Source: a virus (lineage: Duplodnaviria; Caudoviricetes). Taken from it: a stretch of DNA of 49,161 nt. This document shows, piece after piece, positions 36,604 through 45,391 of this stretch. The DNA lies in IMG/VR virus record IMGVR_UViG_3300032103_000318, positions 1 through 49,161 of that record; one strand, 5' to 3'. The translations under genes and the position numbers were made by a program. The notes beneath the pieces were generated by a model. The model was not told where the DNA came from and searched no databases. It saw nothing but the letters and a program-made list of their open reading frames with translations. Position 1 is the first letter of the stretch, and each line of letters begins with the position of its first letter.

Positions 36604-38091
36604 ATGAGACTATCTATTTCCCTCAGAATGCCTTCCGGTTCAGGGGCAGATAGTGGCGGTGCTGTAGAACCGGGTCAAGAGGGCTTGATGCAACTAGCCT
36701 CTAGTCTGGTGGCGGGCTCTGAAGTCTACCAAGAAACCCTCAGCCCTTCTCGATTTACCTCTGAGTTAATCGGGGGTTCAGAAGTCTACCAGGAAACCCC
36801 TAGCCCTGCTCGGTTCGTCCCTAGGTTGATTGCGGGCTTAGAAGTCTACCAGGAAACCCTTAGCCCTTCTCGGTTTACTTCTGAGTTAATCGAGGGTTTA
36901 GAAGGGTATCGAGAAACCCCTGATTTTTCCCGGTTCGTCCCCAGGTTAATCGAGGGCTCTGAGATATATCGAGAAACCCCTGATTTTTCCCGGTTCGTCC
37001 CTAGGTTGATTGCGGGTTTAGAGGTTTATCAGGAAACCCCTAGCCCTGCTCGGTTTGTCCCTAGATTGATTGCGGGCTCTGAGGAAATTATTAATCCTCC
37101 CCTAAATCCTCTAATGGAGTTTTCCACGTTTGCGGTTGGGGGCCCAGAAACCTACTTGGATACCCTCAGCTTCTCTCGGTTCGTCCCTAGGTTGATTGCG
37201 GGTTTAGAGGTTTATCAGGAAACCCCTAGCCCTGCTCGGTTTGTCCCTAGATTAATTGCGGGCTCTGAGAATGTGTCTAGTGGATTCACGATCAGCGGAT
37301 TTAATTCAACGTTCGACTCTGGGGGATTCAGGTATTACCGGTTTACCTCTAGCGGAACTCTGACGGTTAGCGGGAGTACAGCCCTAGTTGATCTCGATAT
37401 TTTAGGTGGGGGTGGTGGCGGGGGCAGACCCGGTAGTAACGGTGTTGGAGGAGGTGGCGGATCAGGCGGACGCAGATTAATTTCTTCTTTATCTCTAGTT
37501 CCAGGGTCTTACGCGGTTACGATAGGAGCGAGGGGAATAGGGAGAATTGGGTCAACGGGAGTGGGTCTTGATGGGGAATCGACTTCGCTAGTGGGTGGCT
37601 CTGTAAATGAGTTAGTTACGGGTGGCAGAGGCGGAAAAATTAGTACTAATGGCCTAGGCGGTGGTGGCGGGGGAGACGGTGCTGGGGCAACCGCTACAGC
37701 ATTTGTCGGGGGTTCCGGCGTAAATGCAGGAGATGGCGGAGATAGCTTCACGTCTGCTACTACTACCCAAAGAGCGGGCGGCGGTGGCGGTGGTGCTGGG
37801 GGTAATGGGGTAGACGGAGCAGACACGAAAGGCGGAGACGGTGGCCCTGGTATTCTCATGATTGACGGGGTTACACGGGGTGGCGGCGGTGGCGGTGGTG
37901 TTGGGGGCTTTACTGATCCTAACCGGGGTCAGGGCGGTTCAGGGGGTGGTGGCCGTGGTGGACGTAACGGGGCTAACACTGCCGACGCTGCTACTGGAGC
38001 TAACTCTGGTTCAGGGGGTGGTGGCGGTTGGTCTAACGGCAACGGCGGTAATGGCACGGCTGGCATCCTAATCCTGAGACACCCCCTCTAA
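36604..38091 (+). CDS. Fibre/adhesin protein with 20-aa tandem repeats and a C-terminal glycine-rich domain
   Basis: RFVPRLIAGLEVYQETPSPA-type repeats, then multiple GGGGG runs ending GTAGILILRH. Confidence 0.75.
   Translation: MRLSISLRMPSGSGADSGGAVEPGQEGLMQLASSLVAGSEVYQETLSPSRFTSELIGGSEVYQETPSPARFVPRLIAGLEVYQETLSPSRFTSELIEGLEGYRETPDFSRFVPRLIEGSEIYRETPDFSRFVPRLIAGLEVYQETPSPARFVPRLIAGSEEIINPPLNPLMEFSTFAVGGPETYLDTLSFSRFVPRLIAGLEVYQETPSPARFVPRLIAGSENVSSGFTISGFNSTFDSGGFRYYRFTSSGTLTVSGSTALVDLDILGGGGGGGRPGSNGVGGGGGSGGRRLISSLSLVPGSYAVTIGARGIGRIGSTGVGLDGESTSLVGGSVNELVTGGRGGKISTNGLGGGGGGDGAGATATAFVGGSGVNAGDGGDSFTSATTTQRAGGGGGGAGGNGVDGADTKGGDGGPGILMIDGVTRGGGGGGGVGGFTDPNRGQGGSGGGGRGGRNGANTADAATGANSGSGGGGGWSNGNGGNGTAGILILRHPL
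36701..37269 (+). repeat. About nine 60-bp coding tandem repeats with one interruption
   Basis: 60-nt period is visible in consecutive sequence lines. Confidence 0.9.
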
Positions 38092-38097
38092 TCCCCC

Positions 38098-38152
38098 CCG
38101 ATCGCCCACCGATCGCCCACCGAGAACCTACCGATCGCCCACCGAGAACCTT
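38098..38152. repeat. 11-bp tandem repeat CCGATCGCCCA / CCGAGAACCT(A/T) x5
   Basis: Units at 38098, 38109, 38120, 38131 and 38142. Confidence 0.9.
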
Positions 38153-38172
38153 TGTTAATCCTGTGAGGAACC

Positions 38173-38574
38173 ATGTCTATTCTACTTAAGCTTGAAGAAA
38201 TTACCGGAGTCTCTGATTGGGAGTCCATAAATTTTGGTATCTTGCCCGGCGAAGACCCTAAGGGCTATCTGTTTCCCCTGTCTGTGGAAGCCAACAATCC
38301 CTCACGCCAAATTGTTTCCTATGCGGTTGGAATTGCCATTTCTAGTGATACTCTGACAGGTTTGTCTGAGGCGTCCCTCGATCTTGCTAATCAGATTGTG
38401 AAAGCATTTTCCCAGGAACCTCAGTGTTTCCTAGACGACAGCGGAAACTCTAAAAGCCTAAGGTTGACAACCGGGGTGGAAATAGAGATACCCCAGACCT
38501 ATCCCAACCAATCCAATATCTCGCTAACCACGGGATTTTTCACGGCATTGACGTTTACAATTGAGGCCGGGTAA
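38173..38574 (+). CDS. Putative tail terminator / neck protein
   Basis: Size, beta-rich C terminus and context. Confidence 0.45.
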   Translation: MSILLKLEEITGVSDWESINFGILPGEDPKGYLFPLSVEANNPSRQIVSYAVGIAISSDTLTGLSEASLDLANQIVKAFSQEPQCFLDDSGNSKSLRLTTGVEIEIPQTYPNQSNISLTTGFFTALTFTIEAG

Positions 38575-39098
38575 TGCCAGTAAAGTCGATCAGAATTAAA
38601 GGCACCAGGGGGCTTAAACCGGCTGACTACTACCGAGATAGAATGGCTAAACTTGTGGCCTTCCTGAATGACGAAGGTACCGCCCTAGAAACAGAGGTGG
38701 TAAATGCTACCCCTGCTAATATGGGCCAACTAAGGAGAGGCTGGAAATTTGTACCCGCTACCTCCGATAACCCTAAGGCTGTGTTGGGGCAATCTGTCCA
38801 GTATTTTTTACCTGTGGAGATGGGTCGCAAACCAGGGAAAGGTATCTCGGCGGAAGGTCAGAAATCAGTCAAGCGTTGGGCTAAGTTAGTGCTAGGGCTG
38901 AGCAGTGAGGAACAGAGCGATTTTGCGTTTCTCTTAAGCCAAAAATATAAAGCCCAGGGTAGGCCCGCTGTTGGTTTTCTAGGACTAGCTAGGCAAGGTA
39001 CTATCCCAACATCAAGAGGTATTCCTGACGAACCGGTGTCTGGAAGTTTGCTCGATCTGGCTTTCAAGCGTTTTACCATCGGCCTTCGGAATCTGTGA
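38574..39098 (+). CDS. HK97 gp10-like neck / tail completion protein
   Basis: TPANMGQLRRGW and YFLPVEMGRKP. Confidence 0.7.
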   Translation: MPVKSIRIKGTRGLKPADYYRDRMAKLVAFLNDEGTALETEVVNATPANMGQLRRGWKFVPATSDNPKAVLGQSVQYFLPVEMGRKPGKGISAEGQKSVKRWAKLVLGLSSEEQSDFAFLLSQKYKAQGRPAVGFLGLARQGTIPTSRGIPDEPVSGSLLDLAFKRFTIGLRNL

Positions 39099-39110
39099 TA
39101 TACTAGACCC

Positions 39111-39518
39111 ATGATTACCTACGAGATCCAGAAACTAATTGAGCTTCAGCGGTTGACTTCGGGAAGGAGTAGACAACCGGGAATCATTGTAATTTCTAAA
39201 AATAATCTGCTCCAGTACCTCAACAGCCTACTTCCCTCAAAGATTTCTCTGGCTCTTCTAAATCAAGCCATCCGTATTTACTGTACCCGCGGATTTAAGG
39301 TCAACTTGGTTTTGGGTGCTGCTAAGTACAATCTGATTGCCGAGAAAGTACCCGAATTTCTGGATTGGTTTTTAGGGGAATACGACAAAGACCCCGATTA
39401 CTTTCTGAGCTTACTTCTCAGATCGTATGAGCGGTGGGCTAAGGCAGGGTCTGAAAGCAAGCAAAAAGACCAAGAATTTGTCAACCGACCCATCTTCCTA
39501 GAGGTAGGTAAGCTATGA
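39111..39518 (+). CDS. Hypothetical protein with its own sigma70 promoter
   Basis: Extended -10 TGATATACT ends 6 nt before the ATG, suggesting a leaderless transcript. Confidence 0.65.
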   Translation: MITYEIQKLIELQRLTSGRSRQPGIIVISKNNLLQYLNSLLPSKISLALLNQAIRIYCTRGFKVNLVLGAAKYNLIAEKVPEFLDWFLGEYDKDPDYFLSLLLRSYERWAKAGSESKQKDQEFVNRPIFLEVGKL

Positions 39519-39889
39519 CTGTCAGGGATGTAGAAGTTAGGCTGGCTTCTTTAGAAGACCGGATTCTAGATCGGCTGGGCTACCGAGAGTATCAGCTAAC
39601 GATTGGCACAGACGTTGTAGCCATTCTGCCAGGGACTGAGCAAAAGAATATCACCTCTTATAGTGATGAGCAGCTAAGAGGATTTGCCAATCGCCTGGGT
39701 GGAAACGGAAACCCGATCGGTATCTTCAAGCTCAAGATTTCCAGGGAAGTACCGGAAGCTACCGTCCGACAACTTAAGTATTGGCGACTGTCTAGGGAAG
39801 GCTATATTGCAGATTGTTTGCCGCTCGATATTAAAGTGACCGATAGTCGCTACGAAGTTTTACTAGGAGTTATCAAGGTATCCCAATGA
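39515..39889 (+). CDS. Putative head closure protein
   Basis: Size and context only. Confidence 0.4.
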   Translation: MTVRDVEVRLASLEDRILDRLGYREYQLTIGTDVVAILPGTEQKNITSYSDEQLRGFANRLGGNGNPIGIFKLKISREVPEATVRQLKYWRLSREGYIADCLPLDIKVTDSRYEVLLGVIKVSQ

Positions 39890-40296
39890 CCCTTACAAGT
39901 CTGCAAAGAGAAAGGATTAGCTTCCATCTGGACTATACGGCTTCCCGCTATCTTTTGGCGGTTAGTCGGGATATCCTAGTTTTGACACTAAACGCTGATC
40001 AGGAATTAGCGCTGATTGGTCAAGACTTAATAGGGCTAGACCCAGATGAAATTTTTGAGTTTCATGGGGTTCCTCTGTGTACTAACCAATCTGCCCTAGG
40101 TAAAGTTGAACGGGCTTTCAATAAGCTGAGTTCGGACATTATTGAGGAAAGCCTGTATGTGGCTGAGGCGGGATCGGTCAAGCTGAGGGCCAATGAACTG
40201 GCTAAGCGGGAAGCCCTCTATCTAAAGCAAGTGGAGCATTTGGCTCAGCTAATTGGGGGCACCTTTGGCTCAGATCGGGTAGGCCGACTAGGGTAA
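39886..40296 (+). CDS. Putative head-tail adaptor
   Basis: LTSLQRERISFHLDY start, AGSVKL, helical C terminus; context. Confidence 0.45.
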   Translation: MTLTSLQRERISFHLDYTASRYLLAVSRDILVLTLNADQELALIGQDLIGLDPDEIFEFHGVPLCTNQSALGKVERAFNKLSSDIIEESLYVAEAGSVKLRANELAKREALYLKQVEHLAQLIGGTFGSDRVGRLG

Positions 40297-40300
40297 GGAG

Positions 40301-42646
40301 ATGGACAAGGCGCTGATTAGGGAAGTCGTTAATGCTGGCCTAAAGGTTGAGCAGGTTAATCTCAGTCTTGTCCAGAAAAATTTAGCGACGGCTCGAAATC
40401 AGCTTAAAAAAGAACTGCTCAAAAGCCCTGAAACCCTGGCGCACAAAGGAAAGTTGATTAGCTTACTTGATCAATACCTAGGGGAAGTCGATCGGGCTAT
40501 TTCCGAGCAATTTGATTCTGGTCTGGCCCTAAAAGAAGGGTTGAGGGAAGCCAAATTTGTGGTAGGTTCTGAGGCGGCGATCCCTAAGGAATCGGATTTC
40601 TGGGGGTGGACGCCTACCTTACCGATTGAAGCAATTGGGCTAGCCAATGCCGAGATGGCCACACTCATCAAGGCCACAACCTCTGAACTTAAGGAGAAGG
40701 TTCTGAGGACGGTTCAGGTTGGGCTGGCTCAGGGGGCTTCCATACAGCAAATTCAAGACCAAATCCTGGGTACGGGATTAAAAGGGTTGCAGGGTAAAGA
40801 TGGGGTTTTCAGAAGCGCCACAAACCGGGCTGAAACCCAAGCTAGAACGATTAGCAATGAGTTGATTAATCGGGGGGCTTTGATTGGGTATAACCAAATT
40901 GATCAAATCTGTCCTGAGCTTGGTCTGAAGAAAGTTTGGCAGACCGTGAGCGATCGCAGAACCTCTGAGACTTGCCAGACATTGGCGGGTCAGGTTAGAG
41001 AGCTAAACCAAGAGTTTTCAGGTAATGGTTGGTCTGGAGCGAATCCCCCCAGTCACCCTAACGCCTACTTACCGGGGCAGCATGTGATAGCGGTACACCC
41101 CGAAGTCCTGAGCCGACATAGGTATAATGGGGATGCCGTCAGAATCAAATTGACCAACGGCGTTACTTTGGAAGTCACCGGAGAACACCCGGTACTCACC
41201 CCTGATGGATTTGTTGAAAGCCGTTTCCTCAGAGAAGGCCAGCAAGTCTTCTATAGCCCGTTGGTTGACAAGTTACAGCACTGTTATCCCTCCATAGATA
41301 GCGTTTTTGAGACTAACCAGGCTTTGATAGATAGCCGCATCCCCTGTGAGGATTTAGATAACGGTCTGGCTAAGTTTGAGATCAGGGGCTCAAGCGATAC
41401 AGAAGTTTTACTTAGCCCATCAACGGGATACCCTAGCTTGGTTAGTCGTCTAAATCCTGGGCGACTTTTCGGCAGTGACCAACCCATCCTTGAAAATAAT
41501 TTGGAAGGCTTTCTGAGGTCACATTGGAATTCCGTTTATATGAGGGATTGCCTTTATATATTGAATCCTTTTACGGAGTCCTCTGATATTTCGGGGGGTT
41601 TCTATTTGGTTGAGATCCAAGAAATCCACACGTTTAAGTATTGTGGGCATGTCTATAACTTAACCTCTAAAGATGGGTTGAACGTAGCTAATGGAATTAT
41701 AACTCACAATTGCCGCTCTAGAGTTACGGTGCTTTCTGCGAAATACCAAAAGGAATGGGATGACAGATTTAGGGATGCACCATCTGGCCCACCCCTGCCT
41801 AAGCCTAACCTGGGTGTCTCCAGTCGATTGGTTTCTGAGAACGCTATCGAGCCCCCTAGATCCCCCGCTTTGAATCCTGACAGATTATTTGGGGTGGACG
41901 CAGAGCGTATTAATGTGGCCCTAGAGAAGACGGCAAAAATGTCGCCTGAGATTAGCGAGTCTTTAGCCAGGTTGACTGACTATGCCAACCGGGAAAAGAT
42001 AGCCACCGTCTACTCCGACCGGTTTATGACGGACGATGCAATTATTGGTTTAATTGATGAATTGGTTCGGGCTGATTTTATTCCATCCGACCGTCGATCT
42101 GCTTTCTTTGCTCAGCGGGACGTAGTTTTTCGGATGCAACCAACTGTCGGAGGGCAGACTATTGAAGGTTTTAAGATGGTTCAAATAAATAGCCGGACTG
42201 AGTTTTTTGAGCGGATGGTTGAAAAGGGCAAAATCGATACTTTGGAGATTATAAAAGACTATAAAAGAACGTTGAAAAATGTGGTGCATGTACCGGAATC
42301 CAAACGATCTTTGGGTTTGCCTAGTAACGCGATTGTAAATGGATACGGGTCTATTACTTTCAGCGACGAACTGAGGACTGCCGAAACCTATGTGCATGAG
42401 ATAGGCCATTTAGTCCACTTCAAGGTCAGGGCTAAACTAGGCTCTGAGTATCGCTTACCCAAGTCCTTTGATTACACTCAAAATGTTAGTCAATATGGGG
42501 CTAGTAAGACCCCCGAAGATAATAACTATAAGGAAACTTTTGCAGAGGCTTTCACTTTTTATGTGATGGATAAAGAAGGGTTAAAAGAGGTGGCACCAAG
42601 CTTGTTTGACTGGGTTGAAAGGGCACTTATCTTAGCGGGGTATTAG
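40301..42646 (+). CDS. MuF / SPP1 gp7-like minor head protein with intein and C-terminal HExxH metallopeptidase
   Basis: RAETQARTI, KKVWQTVSDRRTSETC, PPSHPN|intein|CRS, HEIGH, VSQYG, ETFAEAF. Confidence 0.88.
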   Translation: MDKALIREVVNAGLKVEQVNLSLVQKNLATARNQLKKELLKSPETLAHKGKLISLLDQYLGEVDRAISEQFDSGLALKEGLREAKFVVGSEAAIPKESDFWGWTPTLPIEAIGLANAEMATLIKATTSELKEKVLRTVQVGLAQGASIQQIQDQILGTGLKGLQGKDGVFRSATNRAETQARTISNELINRGALIGYNQIDQICPELGLKKVWQTVSDRRTSETCQTLAGQVRELNQEFSGNGWSGANPPSHPNAYLPGQHVIAVHPEVLSRHRYNGDAVRIKLTNGVTLEVTGEHPVLTPDGFVESRFLREGQQVFYSPLVDKLQHCYPSIDSVFETNQALIDSRIPCEDLDNGLAKFEIRGSSDTEVLLSPSTGYPSLVSRLNPGRLFGSDQPILENNLEGFLRSHWNSVYMRDCLYILNPFTESSDISGGFYLVEIQEIHTFKYCGHVYNLTSKDGLNVANGIITHNCRSRVTVLSAKYQKEWDDRFRDAPSGPPLPKPNLGVSSRLVSENAIEPPRSPALNPDRLFGVDAERINVALEKTAKMSPEISESLARLTDYANREKIATVYSDRFMTDDAIIGLIDELVRADFIPSDRRSAFFAQRDVVFRMQPTVGGQTIEGFKMVQINSRTEFFERMVEKGKIDTLEIIKDYKRTLKNVVHVPESKRSLGLPSNAIVNGYGSITFSDELRTAETYVHEIGHLVHFKVRAKLGSEYRLPKSFDYTQNVSQYGASKTPEDNNYKETFAEAFTFYVMDKEGLKEVAPSLFDWVERALILAGY
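41063..41710 (+). mobile_element. Intein / Hint domain (216 aa) starting with Ala
   Basis: AYLPGQ start, block B VTGEHPV, HVYNL, ANGIITHN followed by Cys. Confidence 0.88.
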
Positions 42647-42648
42647 GG

Positions 42649-42825
42649 ATGGAGACGCAACTGCTGATTGACCAGGTTATTAGTCAGTTGATGGACATAG
42701 GTGATTTCCAACAGGCCAAACAGTTTCTAGATGAAGCTGCTCTAGTTTTTGAGGATCCGGCTGACAGGAGCTTTGTCGGTAGTTTAATGGAGCGGTGGGT
42801 TGTAGACAAAGTGCAGCTAATCTAG
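42649..42825 (+). CDS. Small acidic helical protein (58 aa), candidate immunity or partner protein
   Basis: ATG 2 nt after the MuF stop; METQLLIDQVISQLMDIGDFQQAKQFLDEAA... Confidence 0.6.
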   Translation: METQLLIDQVISQLMDIGDFQQAKQFLDEAALVFEDPADRSFVGSLMERWVVDKVQLI

Positions 42826-42827
42826 GG

Positions 42828-42837
42828 ATACCTAGCC
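42828..42837 (+). promoter_or_regulatory. Putative late promoter motif ATACCTAGCC
   Basis: Starts 29 nt before ATG 42857. Confidence 0.7.
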
Positions 42838-42856
42838 TAATTAGGAGAGGATAGGT

Positions 42857-43378
42857 ATGAGTAACGATTTGTCTTTTGTGATTGATCCGGGTGGAGTTGC
42901 CGGAGTTAGGCCGGGGATCAACCTGCGGGTTTTTCCTGCTGGGGCTACCGTGGCGGATTTCCAAAGCTATGGTACAGCAGCAGAACGCTTAGCTAACTCA
43001 GGATTATCGAGTGGGGGTTTCGAGAATCTTTACGACTTTCAGTTTACCTGTTATCTAGACAGAGAAGATTTCAGGAAGCTCAAAGGGTTAATGCTGTGGA
43101 ACCAGAATGAGCGACTTAGGGGCAGACCTTGGGAAGTTATCGTCTATAACTTTGCTGAGCCGTTTGTCGAAACCGCTATCCTGAGATCTCGATTTAAGGT
43201 ACCGGGTACTAACGTGATTTCGGAGATTGACCTAGGGCTAAACGGGCTTAAAGAGTGGGAATATTGGGTGGCGTTACAGGGTTCACTGTTGATGGAGTAC
43301 TCCCAGATTGGCTCTAAATTTGAGGTGGCTCTGGCATTCCAGGAGGGTACCTTGCTAACGGCGGATATGGAACCATGA
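42857..43378 (+). CDS. Putative distal tail protein
   Basis: First gene of the tail-tip cluster; beta-rich; context. Confidence 0.5.
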   Translation: MSNDLSFVIDPGGVAGVRPGINLRVFPAGATVADFQSYGTAAERLANSGLSSGGFENLYDFQFTCYLDREDFRKLKGLMLWNQNERLRGRPWEVIVYNFAEPFVETAILRSRFKVPGTNVISEIDLGLNGLKEWEYWVALQGSLLMEYSQIGSKFEVALAFQEGTLLTADMEP

Positions 43379-45390
43379 GCAGCGTATCGTTCCCTCTGTT
43401 TGTTAGTGTCCAGTCGGGTAACCCTAGGGCCACGATCCGGGTTAGTACGTCATATCGGGATGAATCATTGGAAATTGAGGGTACCGCCGTTAACCCATTC
43501 TTCCAGCCTGATTCCGAACTTGATCCGCCAGATGTTGGTGTACCTGGGCCTGGTGAAACCTCTCAACCTCCTTATTTTGGAGCGGGTACGGGGCTATTTA
43601 ATCATCTGCTGCTGCCCAAGCTAACCAACTTCCCATCTAAGGTGTTTAATCTAGGGATTGATGGGGTTGAGCTATTTATTAATGGGGTGGATTTTTCGGG
43701 TACCGTCTATTCCCTAGATTGGTCGGTTCCGGTCAACGGGGTGTCCCAGGGATCGCTGACGCTAAGACAGGCAGTCGGTTTCAATATTGACCCGGATACT
43801 AATGGGATTACCCAGGGATCCACGGTACAGATTAGTATTAGGCCCACGAAGCTTTATAGCGAGTTACTGACGAATTGCTTTGTAATTGGTAATCCCACGT
43901 ACACGCTTAACCAGGACGGGGAATATGAGCTTGGGTTAGAGATTGGGGATGAGTTGGCGCTATTGTCGGAGTCTGCCAGGAATCGAACGCTCTACTGTGG
44001 GCTACCGGCTAGAACGACTCAAGAGTTAGCCACCATCTATGCGAATACTAATGGGCTACGGACTAGGGTGTTTCCAGTGGGTCATGCTATCCAAGAAGCA
44101 TCAACCAACAACTTTTTGACAGAGAGCCCGTTTGAGTTTTTGAGTTCAATTTATGGCCCAATCAATCGAGATGTGAGGTGCAGTCCTCGGGGGGCTATCG
44201 TGTTCCCAGTTAGGCGAGATTTTGACCTTTCCCTGGCTACTGTGTTGAGCTACCGGGATGTTATCGAAAGCTCTAATAATTTTTCTGGGTATTATGAGCC
44301 TTTCACCAAAGTCAAGGTATCCAACAATTTCGATTTGTTGCTGCCCTTTGAATTCTCCAATCGGGCTACTCGGCAGATTCAGGGTAATCCCGAAAATAAA
44401 AAGCCGTGGTTTCAAGGCGGTTACCAGGAAATTGTAACTACCTCCACGTCTCTGGGGGATACGGATGTCTATATCAGAGAAGACACGTATGGGTATGTGC
44501 CCACTGAAGCTAGACCGTGGGACAAAGCGTTAGTGGACGAAGACCCGTGTGCGATTGGTGCATTTACCACGGCTTTTCAGTTGATAGGTACTAAGATAAA
44601 AGCTCTGAGTTACTATGCTCATCCCTCTGGCTCTAAGATTGTGAGCCGGGTGCAGACTTGGGTTAATGGTTTACAGATTTATCAAATTACGGATGAGGGT
44701 AGCCCTAATTTTGAGGATTATGATTTGTTTAATGGGCTTATCTCCTATGAAAATGTTACTTATGTAAATAGTCCTCAGCCTAATGTTGATGTTTGCTCTA
44801 AAGATTGGCAGATTGTTCAGACCAATGTTAGGAGAGAAGATTATAAGCTGAGTGAAGACAGAATCTTATTTTTTAGTGGTTGGGTTCAGGAAAACTATAG
44901 CCCTAGTGGGACGTCATCGCTGCTGGGGCAATCCTCGTTTACTGGGGTGGATCAGACGTGGATTCAGACCTTAGATCAGGGAGAATATGATGAGGCGGGA
45001 GGTTTTTGGGTAATTCAACCAACCCAAACGGAAGTCGGGGTTAATCCACCGGGGGCTACCATTATTAGTCCGGTAACTCAAAATATTACCAACTTTTCAG
45101 AGCTTACTCTGAGTGAGTTTCAAGAGCTTGAGCCGATTCCTTTGAATGCCCCATTCTGCTATAATAAGGATCAGTTAGATACTTTCGCGTTCCGGTATTT
45201 GACCGAGCAGTATGGGATGTCTAAAAGCATCATGGTGACCGTACCTTTTTCTAATACGTTAGGGCTGGGTGATTCTGTGGTGTTTGAGGACAGGAACGGT
45301 ATTCGGAAAAATTTCAGGGTCTGGCGGATTGAAGTGAATTTGACGGGTAAGCAGATTACCAAGAGCTTAGTTTTGTTGAGATGGAATTAG
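43375..45390 (+). CDS. Putative tail tip / baseplate hub protein
   Basis: 671 aa; C-terminal LGLGDSVVF...FRVWRIEV pattern typical of hub proteins. Confidence 0.6.
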   Translation: MSSVSFPLFVSVQSGNPRATIRVSTSYRDESLEIEGTAVNPFFQPDSELDPPDVGVPGPGETSQPPYFGAGTGLFNHLLLPKLTNFPSKVFNLGIDGVELFINGVDFSGTVYSLDWSVPVNGVSQGSLTLRQAVGFNIDPDTNGITQGSTVQISIRPTKLYSELLTNCFVIGNPTYTLNQDGEYELGLEIGDELALLSESARNRTLYCGLPARTTQELATIYANTNGLRTRVFPVGHAIQEASTNNFLTESPFEFLSSIYGPINRDVRCSPRGAIVFPVRRDFDLSLATVLSYRDVIESSNNFSGYYEPFTKVKVSNNFDLLLPFEFSNRATRQIQGNPENKKPWFQGGYQEIVTTSTSLGDTDVYIREDTYGYVPTEARPWDKALVDEDPCAIGAFTTAFQLIGTKIKALSYYAHPSGSKIVSRVQTWVNGLQIYQITDEGSPNFEDYDLFNGLISYENVTYVNSPQPNVDVCSKDWQIVQTNVRREDYKLSEDRILFFSGWVQENYSPSGTSSLLGQSSFTGVDQTWIQTLDQGEYDEAGGFWVIQPTQTEVGVNPPGATIISPVTQNITNFSELTLSEFQELEPIPLNAPFCYNKDQLDTFAFRYLTEQYGMSKSIMVTVPFSNTLGLGDSVVFEDRNGIRKNFRVWRIEVNLTGKQITKSLVLLRWN

Positions 45391-45391
45391 T

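Noticed and set aside
36701-37269. Diversity-generating retroelement template/variable repeats
   Set aside because: No reverse transcriptase was found; the repeats are tandem and differences are not adenine-specific.
41063-41710. Class 3 intein or homing endonuclease-containing intein
   Set aside because: No Trp after the block B His, no block F Cys, and no LAGLIDADG or HNH motif in the short insert.
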